Source: Cyanophyceae cyanobacterium
Lineage (GTDB): Bacteria > Cyanobacteriota > Cyanobacteriia > Cyanobacteriales > Laspinemataceae
Direction: 5' to 3'
DNA: 64,000 bases
Assembly (NCBI GenBank): GCA_038321985.1
Contig: JBBQFN010000026.1
Location: 1 to 64,000 of the forward strand
Shown here piece by piece: positions 33,726 to 44,871 of this stretch. The translations under genes and the position numbers were made by a program. The notes below the pieces were generated by a model. That model saw only the letters and a list, made by a program, of their open reading frames with translations. It was not told the origin of the DNA and made no database searches. The first letter of the stretch is position 1, and each line of letters starts with the position of its first letter.

Positions 33726-36700
33726 GTTTCAATCCCTGAAAGGGATTAGGGGTTATTGAGACCTTTACCAAGACGCGATTATTATAGAAACCAACCGTGG
33801 GTTTCAATCCCTGAAATGGATTAGGGGTTATTGAGACTTAAAATGGTAGCTTGCAATCTGCAATCCTGAACTGGTTTCAATCCCTGAAAGGGATTAGGGG
33901 TTATTGAGACTTGCGGCGGGTGGTGTGAGCAGTGTTCAAGGTTGGTTTCAATCCCTGAAAGGGATTAGGGGTTATTGAGACTCTACCACCTTGTAAGAAT
34001 CCTTACTCGCTTGTTTCTGCAAGTTTCAATCCCTGAAAGGGATTAGGGGTTATTGAGACGCTTCCCCTCATCATTTTCACGATACGGTAACCGTTTCAAT
34101 CCCTGAAAGGGATTAGGGGTTATTGAGACTATTTGGGTATCCACTGATTGAGTTGGGAGCATTCGTTAAGTTTCAATCCCTGAAAGGGATTAGGGGTTAT
34201 TGAGACAACCGTGGTTGTCGTGCCCCGCTTTTACAGCGTGACGTTTCAATCCCTGAAAGGGATTAGGGGTTATTGAGACGTTGCTTAGATCTTGAAAGGA
34301 TGAAAATATCCGAGTTTCAATCCCTGAAAGGGATTAGGGGTTATTGAGACGATTTATTTGTGCGATACATCGAATTTAAAAGCAAGTTTCAATCCCTGAA
34401 AGGGATTAGGGGTTATTGAGACTAAAGCAGCCCTGGGCATGGGCAATCACCGAGCTGGGCAAGGTTTCAATCCCTGAAAGGGATTAGGGGTTATTGAGAC
34501 TAGAGGGAGGGGTAGCTCGATCTACAACGAACGGGTTTCAATCCCTGAAAGGGATTAGGGGTTATTGAGACGGATTTCTGCGATCGCGGCGGCGCAATCC
34601 CTGTTTCAATCCCTGAAAGGGATTAGGGGTTATTGAGACTACCGGATCCCTTACAACTGCCGCCACACATTCATGTTTCAATCCCTGAAAGGGATTAGGG
34701 GTTATTGAGACATCTAAGGGATAGATAAAGTCTGATTCGGATTTAGTTTCAATCCCTGAAAGGGATTAGGGGTTATTGAGACCAGTCGGGAAAGAATCCC
34801 GTCATTCCGTCTAAAGTTTCAATCCCTGAAAGGGATTAGGGGTTATTGAGACAACTTGCGGGCGTTAAAGCACGATTATATCCCCGGTTTCAATCCCTGA
34901 AAGGGATTAGGGGTTATTGAGACTGATCTTTTTGGTTAAGTTAAAGAGTGAAAAAGGTTTCAATCCCTGAAAGGGATTAGGGGTTATTGAGACCTAAAGG
35001 CCGACTACCTCCCGGTCTTTTCTCTCAGTTTCAATCCCTGAAAGGGATTAGGGGTTATTGAGACTTGAGGATGTTTCCATGCCTTCAGGAGAAAGCACCC
35101 GTTTCAATCCCTGAAAGGGATTAGGGGTTATTGAGACCGAAATCGATGATATTCCTCCCCTAGGAACTACCTGGTTTCAATCCCTGAAAGGGATTAGGGG
35201 TTATTGAGACTTAAGTTTAATTAAGGTCTACTTAGAAAGTATCAGTTTCAATCCCTGAAAGGGATTAGGGGTTATTGAGACTTAGTAGAGAGCGGCTATG
35301 AGAGCATGGGACCGTGACGGGTTTCAATCCCTGAAAGGGATTAGGGGTTATTGAGACCGATTTGAACAACGTTAAGGTTTGTTAAAAACAATCCTGTTTC
35401 AATCCCTGAAAGGGATTAGGGGTTATTGAGACCTAGCTTCTTTCATCCCCGCTGTCATAGCGTCCCAGTTTCAATCCCTGAAAGGGATTAGGGGTTATTG
35501 AGACCTACAGGTGATGTAGAGCTAGCCTTTAAGCTAGATGTGTTTCAATCCCTGAAAGGGATTAGGGGTTATTGAGACTACGCTATCAACTTTTACCCTA
35601 AGTTCACAGAAGGTTTCAATCCCTGAAAGGGATTAGGGGTTATTGAGACCTTCGCAGCAGATTCTCTCTCCTAAGATTTCAGCCGTTTCAATCCCTGAAA
35701 GGGATTAGGGGTTATTGAGACTTTTTAATGATTGCACTTACTTAGTCAACCTCCACGTTTCAATCCCTGAAAGGGATTAGGGGTTATTGAGACCTGTTAA
35801 AGAACTGATTGAGCTATTGGAGGGTTTTGTTTCAATCCCTGAAAGGGATTAGGGGTTATTGAGACGAGGAGTTAAGTAAAAAATATGTTTTAGAGGTAGA
35901 GTTTCAATCCCTGAAAGGGATTAGGGGTTATTGAGACGTAATTGGATGCTTATTTCCGAGTGGTCAACTGGAGTTTCAATCCCTGAAAGGGATTAGGGGT
36001 TATTGAGACAAGTGGGTCGTTCGCGGCGCGCAATTTGTCTATAATTTTGTTTCAATCCCTGAAAGGGATTAGGGGTTATTGAGACGGCTATCTCTGTTCG
36101 CGGGGACAGAGTTTAGTAGCGTTTCAATCCCTGAAAGGGATTAGGGGTTATTGAGACTTTGTGCAAACCGGCCTACTCGTTCATCAATATATCCGTTTCA
36201 ATCCCTGAAAGGGATTAGGGGTTATTGAGACCGCTCTTTTGCGATAGGGATTACCCCTACTTATGTTTCAATCCCTGAAAGGGATTAGGGGTTATTGAGA
36301 CGAAGAGGCTATTGAATCGGCTTCAATGATAGGTTTTGATGTTTCAATCCCTGAAAGGGATTAGGGGTTATTGAGACCAATGGCGATCCGAATTCGCTCG
36401 CGGAAGGCCCCGTTTCAATCCCTGAAAGGGATTAGGGGTTATTGAGACAATGCAGTGGTGGATTTGCCTCTGGTGACCACTGTGTTTCAATCCCTGAAAG
36501 GGATTAGGGGTTATTGAGACGAGGTGAGCCAACTACGCTCACGGGTGGAAAGGATTGAGTTTCAATCCCTGAAAGGGATTAGGGGTTATTGAGACGAGAC
36601 CCGACTACAAGCTGCAAAGCGGAAACTATCTCGTTTCAATCCCTGAAAGGGATTAGGGGTTATTGAGACATTCCTTTTAGGGTCTGCTTATCATCATTCT

Positions 36701-37108
36701 CAAATTTTTCGTTTCAATCCCTGAAAGGGATTAGGGGTTATTGAGACGGAATTGCAGGAATAATATTCGGGGAAGATATCGGGTTTCAATCCCTGAAAGG
36801 GATTAGGGGTTATTGAGACTTGAGACCATCGCAGAAAACACCGTTGGGGAGCAACGGGTTTCAATCCCTGAAAGGGATTAGGGGTTATTGAGACCCCACT
36901 GCCGCCAGCGGGGAGCGATCGCCCTAATGTTTCAATCCCTGAAAGGGATTAGGGGTTATTGAGACTCGCAGCGTTGGCCGCCCAGCTTCCTGATATCGTT
37001 TCAATCCCTGAAAGGGATTAGGGGTTATTGAGACACACATAAGCGCCGGCTCCCCGGGGAAGAACAGATGCGTTTCAATCCCTGAAAGGGATTAGGGGTT
37101 ATTGAGAC
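33726..37108 (-). CRISPR. CRISPR array A, 47 repeats / 46 spacers (hand count); repeat as transcribed GTCTCAATAACCCCTAATCCCTTTCAGGGATTGAAAC
   Basis: 37-nt repeat with unique ~31-42 nt spacers; leader on the right; ATTGAAAC 3' end on minus strand; variant repeat at 33801 near the trailer. Confidence 0.99.
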
Positions 37109-37362
37109 CCACCGGGTTTGGAACCCTTGCTATATGAAGTTTTCAAGGTGCATTTGCGCGAACCTAGATCAAAAATACCATTACAGCCGCTAACTTGTAA
37201 AGAGGTCAATTTCATTTTCTCCTCAAATCATTTCCCTGTATAGCTTTCAGCGTTTGCGCGAACCTCTTCCCCGGGAAAATTGCACTCAAAGCATTATCAG
37301 CTAAGGGTTTCAGACGTAATTTTTGTCCCCTTCTTTTCTACAGCTTGGGGTTCGCGCTAAAT
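37109..37362 (-). promoter_or_regulatory. CRISPR leader of array A
   Basis: Colinear homolog of 50071-50324 with the same 254-bp length. Confidence 0.9.
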
Positions 37363-37634
37363 CTGGGAGGGGAGGAATAGTTGGATCCAGAAGTTTTATC
37401 CCCTTGCTCTGATTCTATTTTATCAGATTCACCAGCCCCACAGAGAAGAAAAGCCGATCGCATCTCGACTGTGCCGGATAAGTTGGCCCCCGTGCTTCCG
37501 GCAGTTGGGTGTCCCTGAGTCTGGATCCAGTCGAAAATCCTAAAGAGGCGATCGCAAAAGTCGGATGTTGGGAGATAATCTGTCAGAGGAGGAAATCCAG
37601 TCCCCCTCGTTTAATATCATAAGTCCTGATTTCG

Positions 37635-39587
37635 ATGCGGGAGAGAGCAGTGGCACAGTGTCCAGTTTGTCAAGCAACATACGTTGAGGGCGAGGTCAAA
37701 AATTGCTCGACCTGTGGTTGGGATTTGACGCCATACCCCTTGACTTTGGGACGAATCCCGGATAGTTTTTTGCGAAAGGAACGGGCGCAACTCGGGTGGG
37801 CGCGGAATCATTGGCGATCGCAGTCTCAGCCTAAGCCTGTGGACAAAGAGCAAGTCTCTCAGGTCCAAATGCAATTGTCCCAACTCAAAACTCAGTTAGA
37901 ACTCTCCAACCAAGAACGAACTCAGTTACAATCCCTGTTTGAGCAAACCGAGGAAGCCTACTGGCAATTGCACGGGAAACTGGAAACCACTCACACTGAA
38001 TTAGAAGCCGCCCAAAAAGAACGAGAACAGGCTCAGTTACAGTTAGAGGAAGCGAAAAAAGCCAGTCAATCCCAGAAATCTCAACTGGAAACAAGCCAAA
38101 CTCAACTAGAAGAATTTAGCCAAGAATGCGCTCAATATAAATCGCAAATTCACGAAGCAGCTAAAGCCTATTGGCGATTACAAGACCGTTTAGAACAGGA
38201 AGAGAAAGAGCGCGATCGCCTAGGGGGGGAACTCGCAAAAATGCAGTCCGATCGCAATCTGCATAAAGCCCGCGCTACTCAAGTTCAGCGCCAGCTTGAG
38301 GAAGTCGAAAGAACGTTACAACAAACCTCCAAAGTGCGATCGACCGATGGGGAAGCTGTCAACGAACTGCAAAACCAACTGCAACAAGCAGCGACAGCCT
38401 ACTGGCAACTCCAAAGCCAACTCACCGATACCCAATCCGAACTCAACCATTACAAAAACAATGGCGGGCGGGCTTCCCATGAAGAGCGATCGCACCTTCA
38501 AACCCAACTCCAAACCCACACTGCAAAATCCTCCGAACTCGAAACAAAACTATCCCTAATCCAAACCGAACTAGGGGAAGAACGGCAAGAGAGACGCATC
38601 AGCGAATCCCGCATTTCTTGGTTGATGGAAGAGCGTAATCAACTCCAACATCAAATGGAACAAGCCAATGAGGAGCGGATTTTGCTACAAACCCAACTCT
38701 CCCAAACCCAATGGCAACTCGAAGTGGCTAACCAAGAAAACAGCCGTCTGCTTTCTGCCACCTACAATTCCCAATTTACCCGAAATACCGGCCTCGGACA
38801 AAACACAAAAAATGCCCTCAGTGTTTTATTTGTCTTGCTTTCTTTAAGCCCATTTTTATTACTCTTCCATCCCCGAGTCTCTGACCCTTTGTTAAAATTT
38901 GCTTTACGCAAGGGATATTTGACCAATGCCACCAACAAAGATTTAAGTCAAATCAATTTAGCGGGAGCAAAATTAGATGACAGCAATTTTAGTGGTTCAA
39001 CTTTAAATAACGCCGATTTAACCGCAATTAGTTTAATCAATGCCAACTTACAAAACGCCAATCTCAATGGCGCAATTTTGCAAGAAGCAAACCTCCAATA
39101 TGCCAACTTGGCCGATGCGAGTTTAGACTGGGCCAATCTGACCAAGGCTAACCTGGAATCCGCTAATTTAAGCGGGGCCAATTTAGTTAGAGCTAATTTA
39201 AGCGGAGCAAATCTCCGAGGAGCAAATTTAACTAATACTCAAATTGATATTAATACTACCCGCATAGACTCCGAAGATTTACTCAACTGGAAACTCGTTA
39301 ATTGGCCGAGACGAAACCGCCAGCTTGCCGGTCTAAATTTGAGTGGATTTAATTTAAATAATGCCAGTTTAATTGATGTCAATCTGGAACGGGCGAACCT
39401 GCAAGGAGTTAATTTAGGAAATGCCGATTTACAAGGGGCCAAATTAATGAGTGCAGACCTCACGGGAGCCAATTTTTCCGCCGCCAAGTTAACAAATGCT
39501 GACTTCAGCGGGGCGAAAATAGTCGGGATTAAAACCGATAATTTAACCGTCTGTCCCAATGGCAGAAGTGGGCCTTGTCAATTTTAA
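37635..39587 (+). CDS. Zn-ribbon + long coiled-coil + TM + pentapeptide-repeat protein
   Basis: CPVC..CSTC, Q/E-rich heptads, one hydrophobic helix, A(N/D)LxX repeats. Confidence 0.88.
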   Translation: MRERAVAQCPVCQATYVEGEVKNCSTCGWDLTPYPLTLGRIPDSFLRKERAQLGWARNHWRSQSQPKPVDKEQVSQVQMQLSQLKTQLELSNQERTQLQSLFEQTEEAYWQLHGKLETTHTELEAAQKEREQAQLQLEEAKKASQSQKSQLETSQTQLEEFSQECAQYKSQIHEAAKAYWRLQDRLEQEEKERDRLGGELAKMQSDRNLHKARATQVQRQLEEVERTLQQTSKVRSTDGEAVNELQNQLQQAATAYWQLQSQLTDTQSELNHYKNNGGRASHEERSHLQTQLQTHTAKSSELETKLSLIQTELGEERQERRISESRISWLMEERNQLQHQMEQANEERILLQTQLSQTQWQLEVANQENSRLLSATYNSQFTRNTGLGQNTKNALSVLFVLLSLSPFLLLFHPRVSDPLLKFALRKGYLTNATNKDLSQINLAGAKLDDSNFSGSTLNNADLTAISLINANLQNANLNGAILQEANLQYANLADASLDWANLTKANLESANLSGANLVRANLSGANLRGANLTNTQIDINTTRIDSEDLLNWKLVNWPRRNRQLAGLNLSGFNLNNASLIDVNLERANLQGVNLGNADLQGAKLMSADLTGANFSAAKLTNADFSGAKIVGIKTDNLTVCPNGRSGPCQF

Positions 39588-39834
39588 AAACTCCTGAAAA
39601 AGGCCACCTCTTCAAAGGTGGGGCGGCATGAACTGAACCAGCAAGGGCGGACTGATTTAAAATAGGCAATTCTAGGGCGACAGCACAGGGGTTAGAAACT
39701 CGATTTCCTAACCAAATCTCTGTCAATTAGCGCCAAATTAAGGCCAGAAACCCGGTTTCTTGCCCCCGGGATTAATCATCGTTACCCGGAAGCCCTAGGC
39801 TGGATTTGAGATAACCCCTAACTCTTTAGGAATC

Positions 39835-41445
39835 ATGACAGGCTACAATATCGGACTCGATTTCGGCACTACTAACTCGATCGTTTCCTACTTGGGTCCG
39901 GCTGGAGAACTGGATGCTTTCCAATATGGGGGGCCCGACGGTCATAAATATATTCCGTCGTTTATCGCCTACGATGAGGGATTCCTGGAAATTGGCATGG
40001 CGGCCCGCACGACAGCCGCGAATCATCCGGAGATAGAAAGTTATGGAAACTTTAAAATGCGCCTGCCCCTTGCGGAATTTTCTGAGTATTTTGCAGGGAA
40101 TCGTACTCCTAGTGGAGTAACAGCCGATTACCTGCGCGAACTGCTGATTTCTGAAGAGAATCCCTACAGTTTTATCAATCAACAAGGAAGCGTTTCCTCT
40201 TTGGTGGTTTCAGTTCCCGAAATTTGGCAAAGGGATATTTACAATCGCGGTCGCGAGTCCCTCCAAAAGTTAATTAAACAGTTAGGATTACCCCTAATTC
40301 ATTTAGTCAGTGAACCTGTGGCAGCAGCGGCTTATTATGCTTGGGAAATCCAACGTCGCGCTCGACAAGAGGGAATTGCACCGTTTAGCGGCAATTTGCT
40401 AGTTTGTGATATGGGAGGCGGCACTTTTGATGTGAGTTTGTGCCGGATTTATGGAGATAAAAAAGTAGAGGTTCTTTATTTTGATGGAGAAGGCGACTGC
40501 GGTTTAGATTCTGCCGGAGTTGCCTTCGATCGCCACTGCGTGCAACTCGCCTATACTCGCAAACACGGCCATGCTTTAGATGAAACTGACCCTGAATTCC
40601 TGCGCTTACTGCGAGAATTTGAAACCGTAAAAATTGGTTCCCATGGACGAGGAACGCGAAAACTGATTAATTGTTTAAAAGAACCCGATATTTATGGCGA
40701 TCGCGATTTATATGTCTTTGCCGGAGGCTACTGCGTCACCTTCGCCCAAGTTTTAGAAGCCTTTGCTCCCATTAGCGCCGGGATTCACCGGGTTATGAAG
40801 CGGTTAAAAGCGTGGTTACAGCAAGAAAACCTAGAAATTGACCGGTTATTTTTAGTCGGAGGATTCTCGCAATTTCTTCTCGTCCAACAGGCGATCGCAG
40901 AAGCCTTAGCCGTAGATAAAACCGACCCGCGTTTTGACCAAACCTTTAACATTACCAATAGCGCCTATGCCATCTCTTACGGAGCCTGTTTAATCGCCAA
41001 TCAACTGGTAGAACCTACGGAAAAATACGTCCACACCCTCGGCATTGTCGTCGATACCATTAACACCCAAGCTGAACGAGAACAGCGTTTTATCCCCATT
41101 ATTAAAGGAGGTTCGGGGTTAGATGAATTAGCCCAACCCCAGTTTGCAAACATCCCCCCTTTAGTCACCTTTCAAAATGACACCCCCCTGAGTTTAACCC
41201 TCTGGGTTGACCCGCAATCCAAGGGGATGAAATTGAAAGAATCTCTACCGGATATGGTCAAACTACCCAGCTACGAATCTCACGATTCCTGGCGGGTGGG
41301 AATGAGAGTCGATCGCTCTCAAATCGCCTATTTAGTCATTGAAGCCGTAAAAGGAGAAAAACGAATTGAATACGAGCTAGGCAATGCGATCGCCAAAATG
41401 TTTCCCGGTTTTGTCTTAATTGATGAAGAGAAACCCGATAATTAA
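39835..41445 (+). CDS. Divergent Hsp70-family protein
   Basis: IGLDFGTTNS, VSEPVAAA, DMGGGTFD, LVGGFS; non-canonical short C-terminal domain. Confidence 0.88.
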   Translation: MTGYNIGLDFGTTNSIVSYLGPAGELDAFQYGGPDGHKYIPSFIAYDEGFLEIGMAARTTAANHPEIESYGNFKMRLPLAEFSEYFAGNRTPSGVTADYLRELLISEENPYSFINQQGSVSSLVVSVPEIWQRDIYNRGRESLQKLIKQLGLPLIHLVSEPVAAAAYYAWEIQRRARQEGIAPFSGNLLVCDMGGGTFDVSLCRIYGDKKVEVLYFDGEGDCGLDSAGVAFDRHCVQLAYTRKHGHALDETDPEFLRLLREFETVKIGSHGRGTRKLINCLKEPDIYGDRDLYVFAGGYCVTFAQVLEAFAPISAGIHRVMKRLKAWLQQENLEIDRLFLVGGFSQFLLVQQAIAEALAVDKTDPRFDQTFNITNSAYAISYGACLIANQLVEPTEKYVHTLGIVVDTINTQAEREQRFIPIIKGGSGLDELAQPQFANIPPLVTFQNDTPLSLTLWVDPQSKGMKLKESLPDMVKLPSYESHDSWRVGMRVDRSQIAYLVIEAVKGEKRIEYELGNAIAKMFPGFVLIDEEKPDN

Positions 41446-41449
41446 AGGG

Positions 41450-41777
41450 GAGACCTAACCCCTGACAAGAGTCGGGTTTTTACTTCCGGTCCCCTCCCCT
41501 TGCCAAGGGGAGGGTTAGGGTGGGGTCTCCCGTGAGGTGGCGGATTCCCTAGGGGATAGCTCCGCTTACCGCCACCTCACTCACTCACTGGAGGCGATCG
41601 CACCTGTATAGAGGCTAGTCTAACCTATTTCTTCGTGACTCAGGCGATCGCGCCTATACGAGAAGCCTCCACCCACCCCTTCCTCTTGACGTGCGATCGC
41701 CCAAGAGGGACCCCACCCTAACCCTCCCCTTGGCAAGGGGAGGGAACCGGAAGTGCAGTTAAATGTGGAGAGGTCTC
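41450..41777. mobile_element. MITE-like / palindromic repeat cluster
   Basis: 46-bp inverted repeats at 41482-41527 and 41709-41754 (1 mismatch); outer GAGACCT...AGGTCTC. Confidence 0.6.
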
Positions 41778-41817
41778 TTTTATTAAATTCAATTAATCCC
41801 CTTAAAACAACCTAAAT

Positions 41818-42207
41818 ATGACCCAAGCAATAACCGAAGAACTGACAGAAATAACTCAACATTTGCTATGGATGAGTGAAGCAGATTATCCCTGGGAAGT
41901 CGTCTCTTATGATTGTGCCAATGTCACCCCCGAGCAGCTTTTAGAACAGAGTAATCTCCCCTCTGATACCCTTGTTGAAACGGTGAGTATCGATCGCTTT
42001 TTTGCACCGGCACTCCGGGACCAATCCTGGCATAACGAAGAAGAACGAGAAACTAGACGCCGTTACCAAGGGTTATTTAATTTTATGACTGAACAATTGA
42101 ATGACTTAATTGTTTACCGTCTGGGAGAGGTAGAAATTGCCGCTTATGTGTTAGGAACTGTGGAAAACCACACCGTAGGAATCAAGACAAAAGTTATAGA
42201 AACTTAA
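41818..42207 (+). CDS. nuiA: Nuclease A inhibitor
   Basis: LLWMSEADYPW, VYRLGEVEI, GIKTKVIET; next to a nucA-like gene. Confidence 0.9.
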   Translation: MTQAITEELTEITQHLLWMSEADYPWEVVSYDCANVTPEQLLEQSNLPSDTLVETVSIDRFFAPALRDQSWHNEEERETRRRYQGLFNFMTEQLNDLIVYRLGEVEIAAYVLGTVENHTVGIKTKVIET

Positions 42208-42263
42208 CCCAGTAAGGACACAGCGCCGCCGTGTCCTCTTTTGTTTTGTCAAGCCGAAACCCA

Positions 42264-43112
42264 TTATAAATTATCTACCCGACTCTCGATCGCAGCTTGA
42301 ACCGCAGCGGGTAAATTAGAAAGGAAATCATACCCCGTCGCCGTCTCCAAAACATCCACCGAAACCCGATAATCCCGCCATGCAGTATTGGCAACTCGGT
42401 CAGTATTCGGCACTCGGACAGCGATCGCCCGGGTGTCAGCCGTAATTCCTTCCAGTCCACTCCCTGGGCGATCGAGGACGACGATAATTTTCCAAGTATA
42501 TTGGGGCACCGTCACCTTGCCATTGGCGATCGCTTTAATTCGTCCTTCGGGTCCAGCAATGATATAGAGTTCCTTCCCTTCCTCTACTAACTCCCGGGAA
42601 TACTGCTCTAGTTCATTCCACACTTCCCGATTATTTGCCGCAGATTGGGGGATTATATTCGTCATCAGAAAGGTAGCCGAATTATCCGCAGAGGACGTAG
42701 TGCGATCAGCTGAAGGAACTAAATGCCCGCGATCATATCCACTCCCCCGATAATCCGTCGCCCTCACCGCATAAAACCCTTCCGGCAACGATTCATCCGG
42801 TCTAAAATCATCTTGACGATCTACACTCCCACGCCAGGATGAATTAAGCTGCCAACTCGCCCAATTCGCCGTCCCCAAACTGCGATTATAGGACAACACA
42901 TATTGAGGCTTTTCCATCAAATAATTATCCCCATTCCCGGGATCCCAGGTGGCATTACTCGGATTCCCCAACAGCAGATGGTTTTCTAAACCCGTCGGCG
43001 GACCGAACAACAAAGGACAACCCGCCAAAATGACAGCAACACAACAGGCGATCGCCGCCAAATAAACCGCCCTAAATCTGGACTTTCGATTAGACATCCC
43101 CTCAACCCCCAA
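42264..43112 (-). CDS. nucA: Sugar-nonspecific DNA/RNA endonuclease, lipoprotein-like
   Basis: LGNPSNA, YDRGHLVPS (DRGH), TFLMTN..PQ; LAGC lipobox. Confidence 0.9.
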   Translation of the reverse strand: MGVEGMSNRKSRFRAVYLAAIACCVAVILAGCPLLFGPPTGLENHLLLGNPSNATWDPGNGDNYLMEKPQYVLSYNRSLGTANWASWQLNSSWRGSVDRQDDFRPDESLPEGFYAVRATDYRGSGYDRGHLVPSADRTTSSADNSATFLMTNIIPQSAANNREVWNELEQYSRELVEEGKELYIIAGPEGRIKAIANGKVTVPQYTWKIIVVLDRPGSGLEGITADTRAIAVRVPNTDRVANTAWRDYRVSVDVLETATGYDFLSNLPAAVQAAIESRVDNL

Positions 43113-43273
43113 ACAGATCTCAACCCATTTTACGCCCCTCCCCTTTCATCTCCACCCCATCCCTCCGTGAAAATCCGTGAAATCTGTGGTTACCTCCCTC
43201 CCCAGAAGTAGTAACCCTCGCAAAAATAAAGTTATGCTATAAATTATTGAGAAATGTTAAGAAAATAAGCCCC

Positions 43274-44710
43274 ATGCTAACTTCCCCGACGAATGGAGCC
43301 AAAATCAAAAACTTAATACAGGAGAAACTCTTATTCGGGAACGAGCCTACCCCTGAACTGGTTGCGATTCTACTGGTTTACTTCGTGCAAGGTATCCTGG
43401 GTTTAGCGCGCTTAGCCGTCAGTTTCTTTCTAAAAGACGAACTGGGGCTAGGTCCCGCCGAAGTTTCTGCCTTAATGGGGATAGCCGCCTTACCCTGGAT
43501 TGTCAAACCCCTATTCGGCTTTATGTCCGATGGGTTACCGATTTTTGGGTATCGCCGACGGCCCTATTTAATTCTGTCGGGGATATTCGGTGCAGTCGCT
43601 TGGATCGGCATGGCAATCGTAGTGGATAGCGGATGGAAAGCCACTGCCTTGATGTTGCTGAGTTCTCTTTCCGTTGCCGTCAGCGACGTAATTGTAGATT
43701 CCCTCGTTGTCGAACGAGCCAGAAATGAGTCCCTGAGTCATGCCGGTTCCCTGCAATCCTTGTGTTGGGGTTCCTCCGCAGTCGGGGGATTGATTACCGC
43801 CTATTTAAGCGGTTCTCTGTTAGAAGCCTTCAGTACCCAAACCGTATTTTTAATTACCGCCAGCTTTCCGCCTATTGTCTCCGCAGTCGCCTGGTTGATT
43901 GCCGAGGAGCCAGTGGGGGAAGATTCCAAGGGGTTCGATCAAATCAAACAACAAGTGGGACAACTCAGAGGTGCGATCGCCCAAAAAGCGATTTGGTTAC
44001 CTGCTGCCTTCGTCTTCATCTGGCAAGCAACCCCCTCCAGTGATTCCGCCTTCTTTTACTTCACCACCAACGAACTGGGATTTCAACCGGAATTTTTAGG
44101 GAAAGTGCGTCTGGTTACCAGTCTGGCATCCTTAGTCGGAATTTGGCTGTTCCAACGCTTCTTTAAAACCATACCCTTTCGCAAAATCTTTTGGTGGTCC
44201 ACCCTGCTATCTGCCGCCCTAGGTATGACCACATTGCTACTGGTGACTCATGCCAACCGGGCGATCGGCATCGATGACCATTGGTTTAGCATCGGCGATA
44301 GCTTGATTCTCACCGTCATGGGACAAATCGCCTATATGCCAGTCCTAGTCCTTGCTGCCAGACTTTGCCCTCCTGGAGTCGAAGCCACCTTATTTGCCCT
44401 GCTGATGTCCGTCACCAACCTAGCCGGACTCCTGTCTTACGAAGAAGGCGCAATGCTCATGCACTGGTTAGGCGTAACACAAACCAACTTTGAGCAACTG
44501 TGGCTCTTAGTTGTGATTACCAACCTCAGCACTCTGTTACCCTTGCCCTTCATCAAATGGCTACCGGACAACAATTCAGAAGAGGATCAATTCCCCTCTT
44601 CCGACGAGAAGCGGCAGTATGAAGATATGCCTAGATTAAGTCCAGATAATGCAACGGCGATCGAAACCTTACAAACCGAGAAAATCCCCGAATTTGAACC
44701 CTCTGCTTAA
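43274..44710 (+). CDS. Folate-biopterin transporter (FBT/BT1, MFS)
   Basis: VYFVQG, LPWIVKPLFGFMSD, GYRRRPY, CPPGVEATLFA. Confidence 0.92.
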   Translation: MLTSPTNGAKIKNLIQEKLLFGNEPTPELVAILLVYFVQGILGLARLAVSFFLKDELGLGPAEVSALMGIAALPWIVKPLFGFMSDGLPIFGYRRRPYLILSGIFGAVAWIGMAIVVDSGWKATALMLLSSLSVAVSDVIVDSLVVERARNESLSHAGSLQSLCWGSSAVGGLITAYLSGSLLEAFSTQTVFLITASFPPIVSAVAWLIAEEPVGEDSKGFDQIKQQVGQLRGAIAQKAIWLPAAFVFIWQATPSSDSAFFYFTTNELGFQPEFLGKVRLVTSLASLVGIWLFQRFFKTIPFRKIFWWSTLLSAALGMTTLLLVTHANRAIGIDDHWFSIGDSLILTVMGQIAYMPVLVLAARLCPPGVEATLFALLMSVTNLAGLLSYEEGAMLMHWLGVTQTNFEQLWLLVVITNLSTLLPLPFIKWLPDNNSEEDQFPSSDEKRQYEDMPRLSPDNATAIETLQTEKIPEFEPSA

Positions 44711-44871
44711 TTCTCTTAAATTCGGTGTCACGACTTTAGTCGTACTCTTAAGTTCGTAGTAACGACTTCAGTCGTTTCCGGATTAATTCCCCCTCCAAAT
44801 ATTACACCCAGCCGCCACAACTAACCGAGCTTAACTCCCCTCAAAATTCCCCTTAAATCCCTATCAACCTC

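Noticed and set aside
33763..34242. Spacers 33763-33800 and 34207-34242 overlap by AACCGTGG and join into an open frame
   Set aside because: The implied flank is not a GTN PAM, and an 8-nt overlap among ~85 spacers can arise by chance
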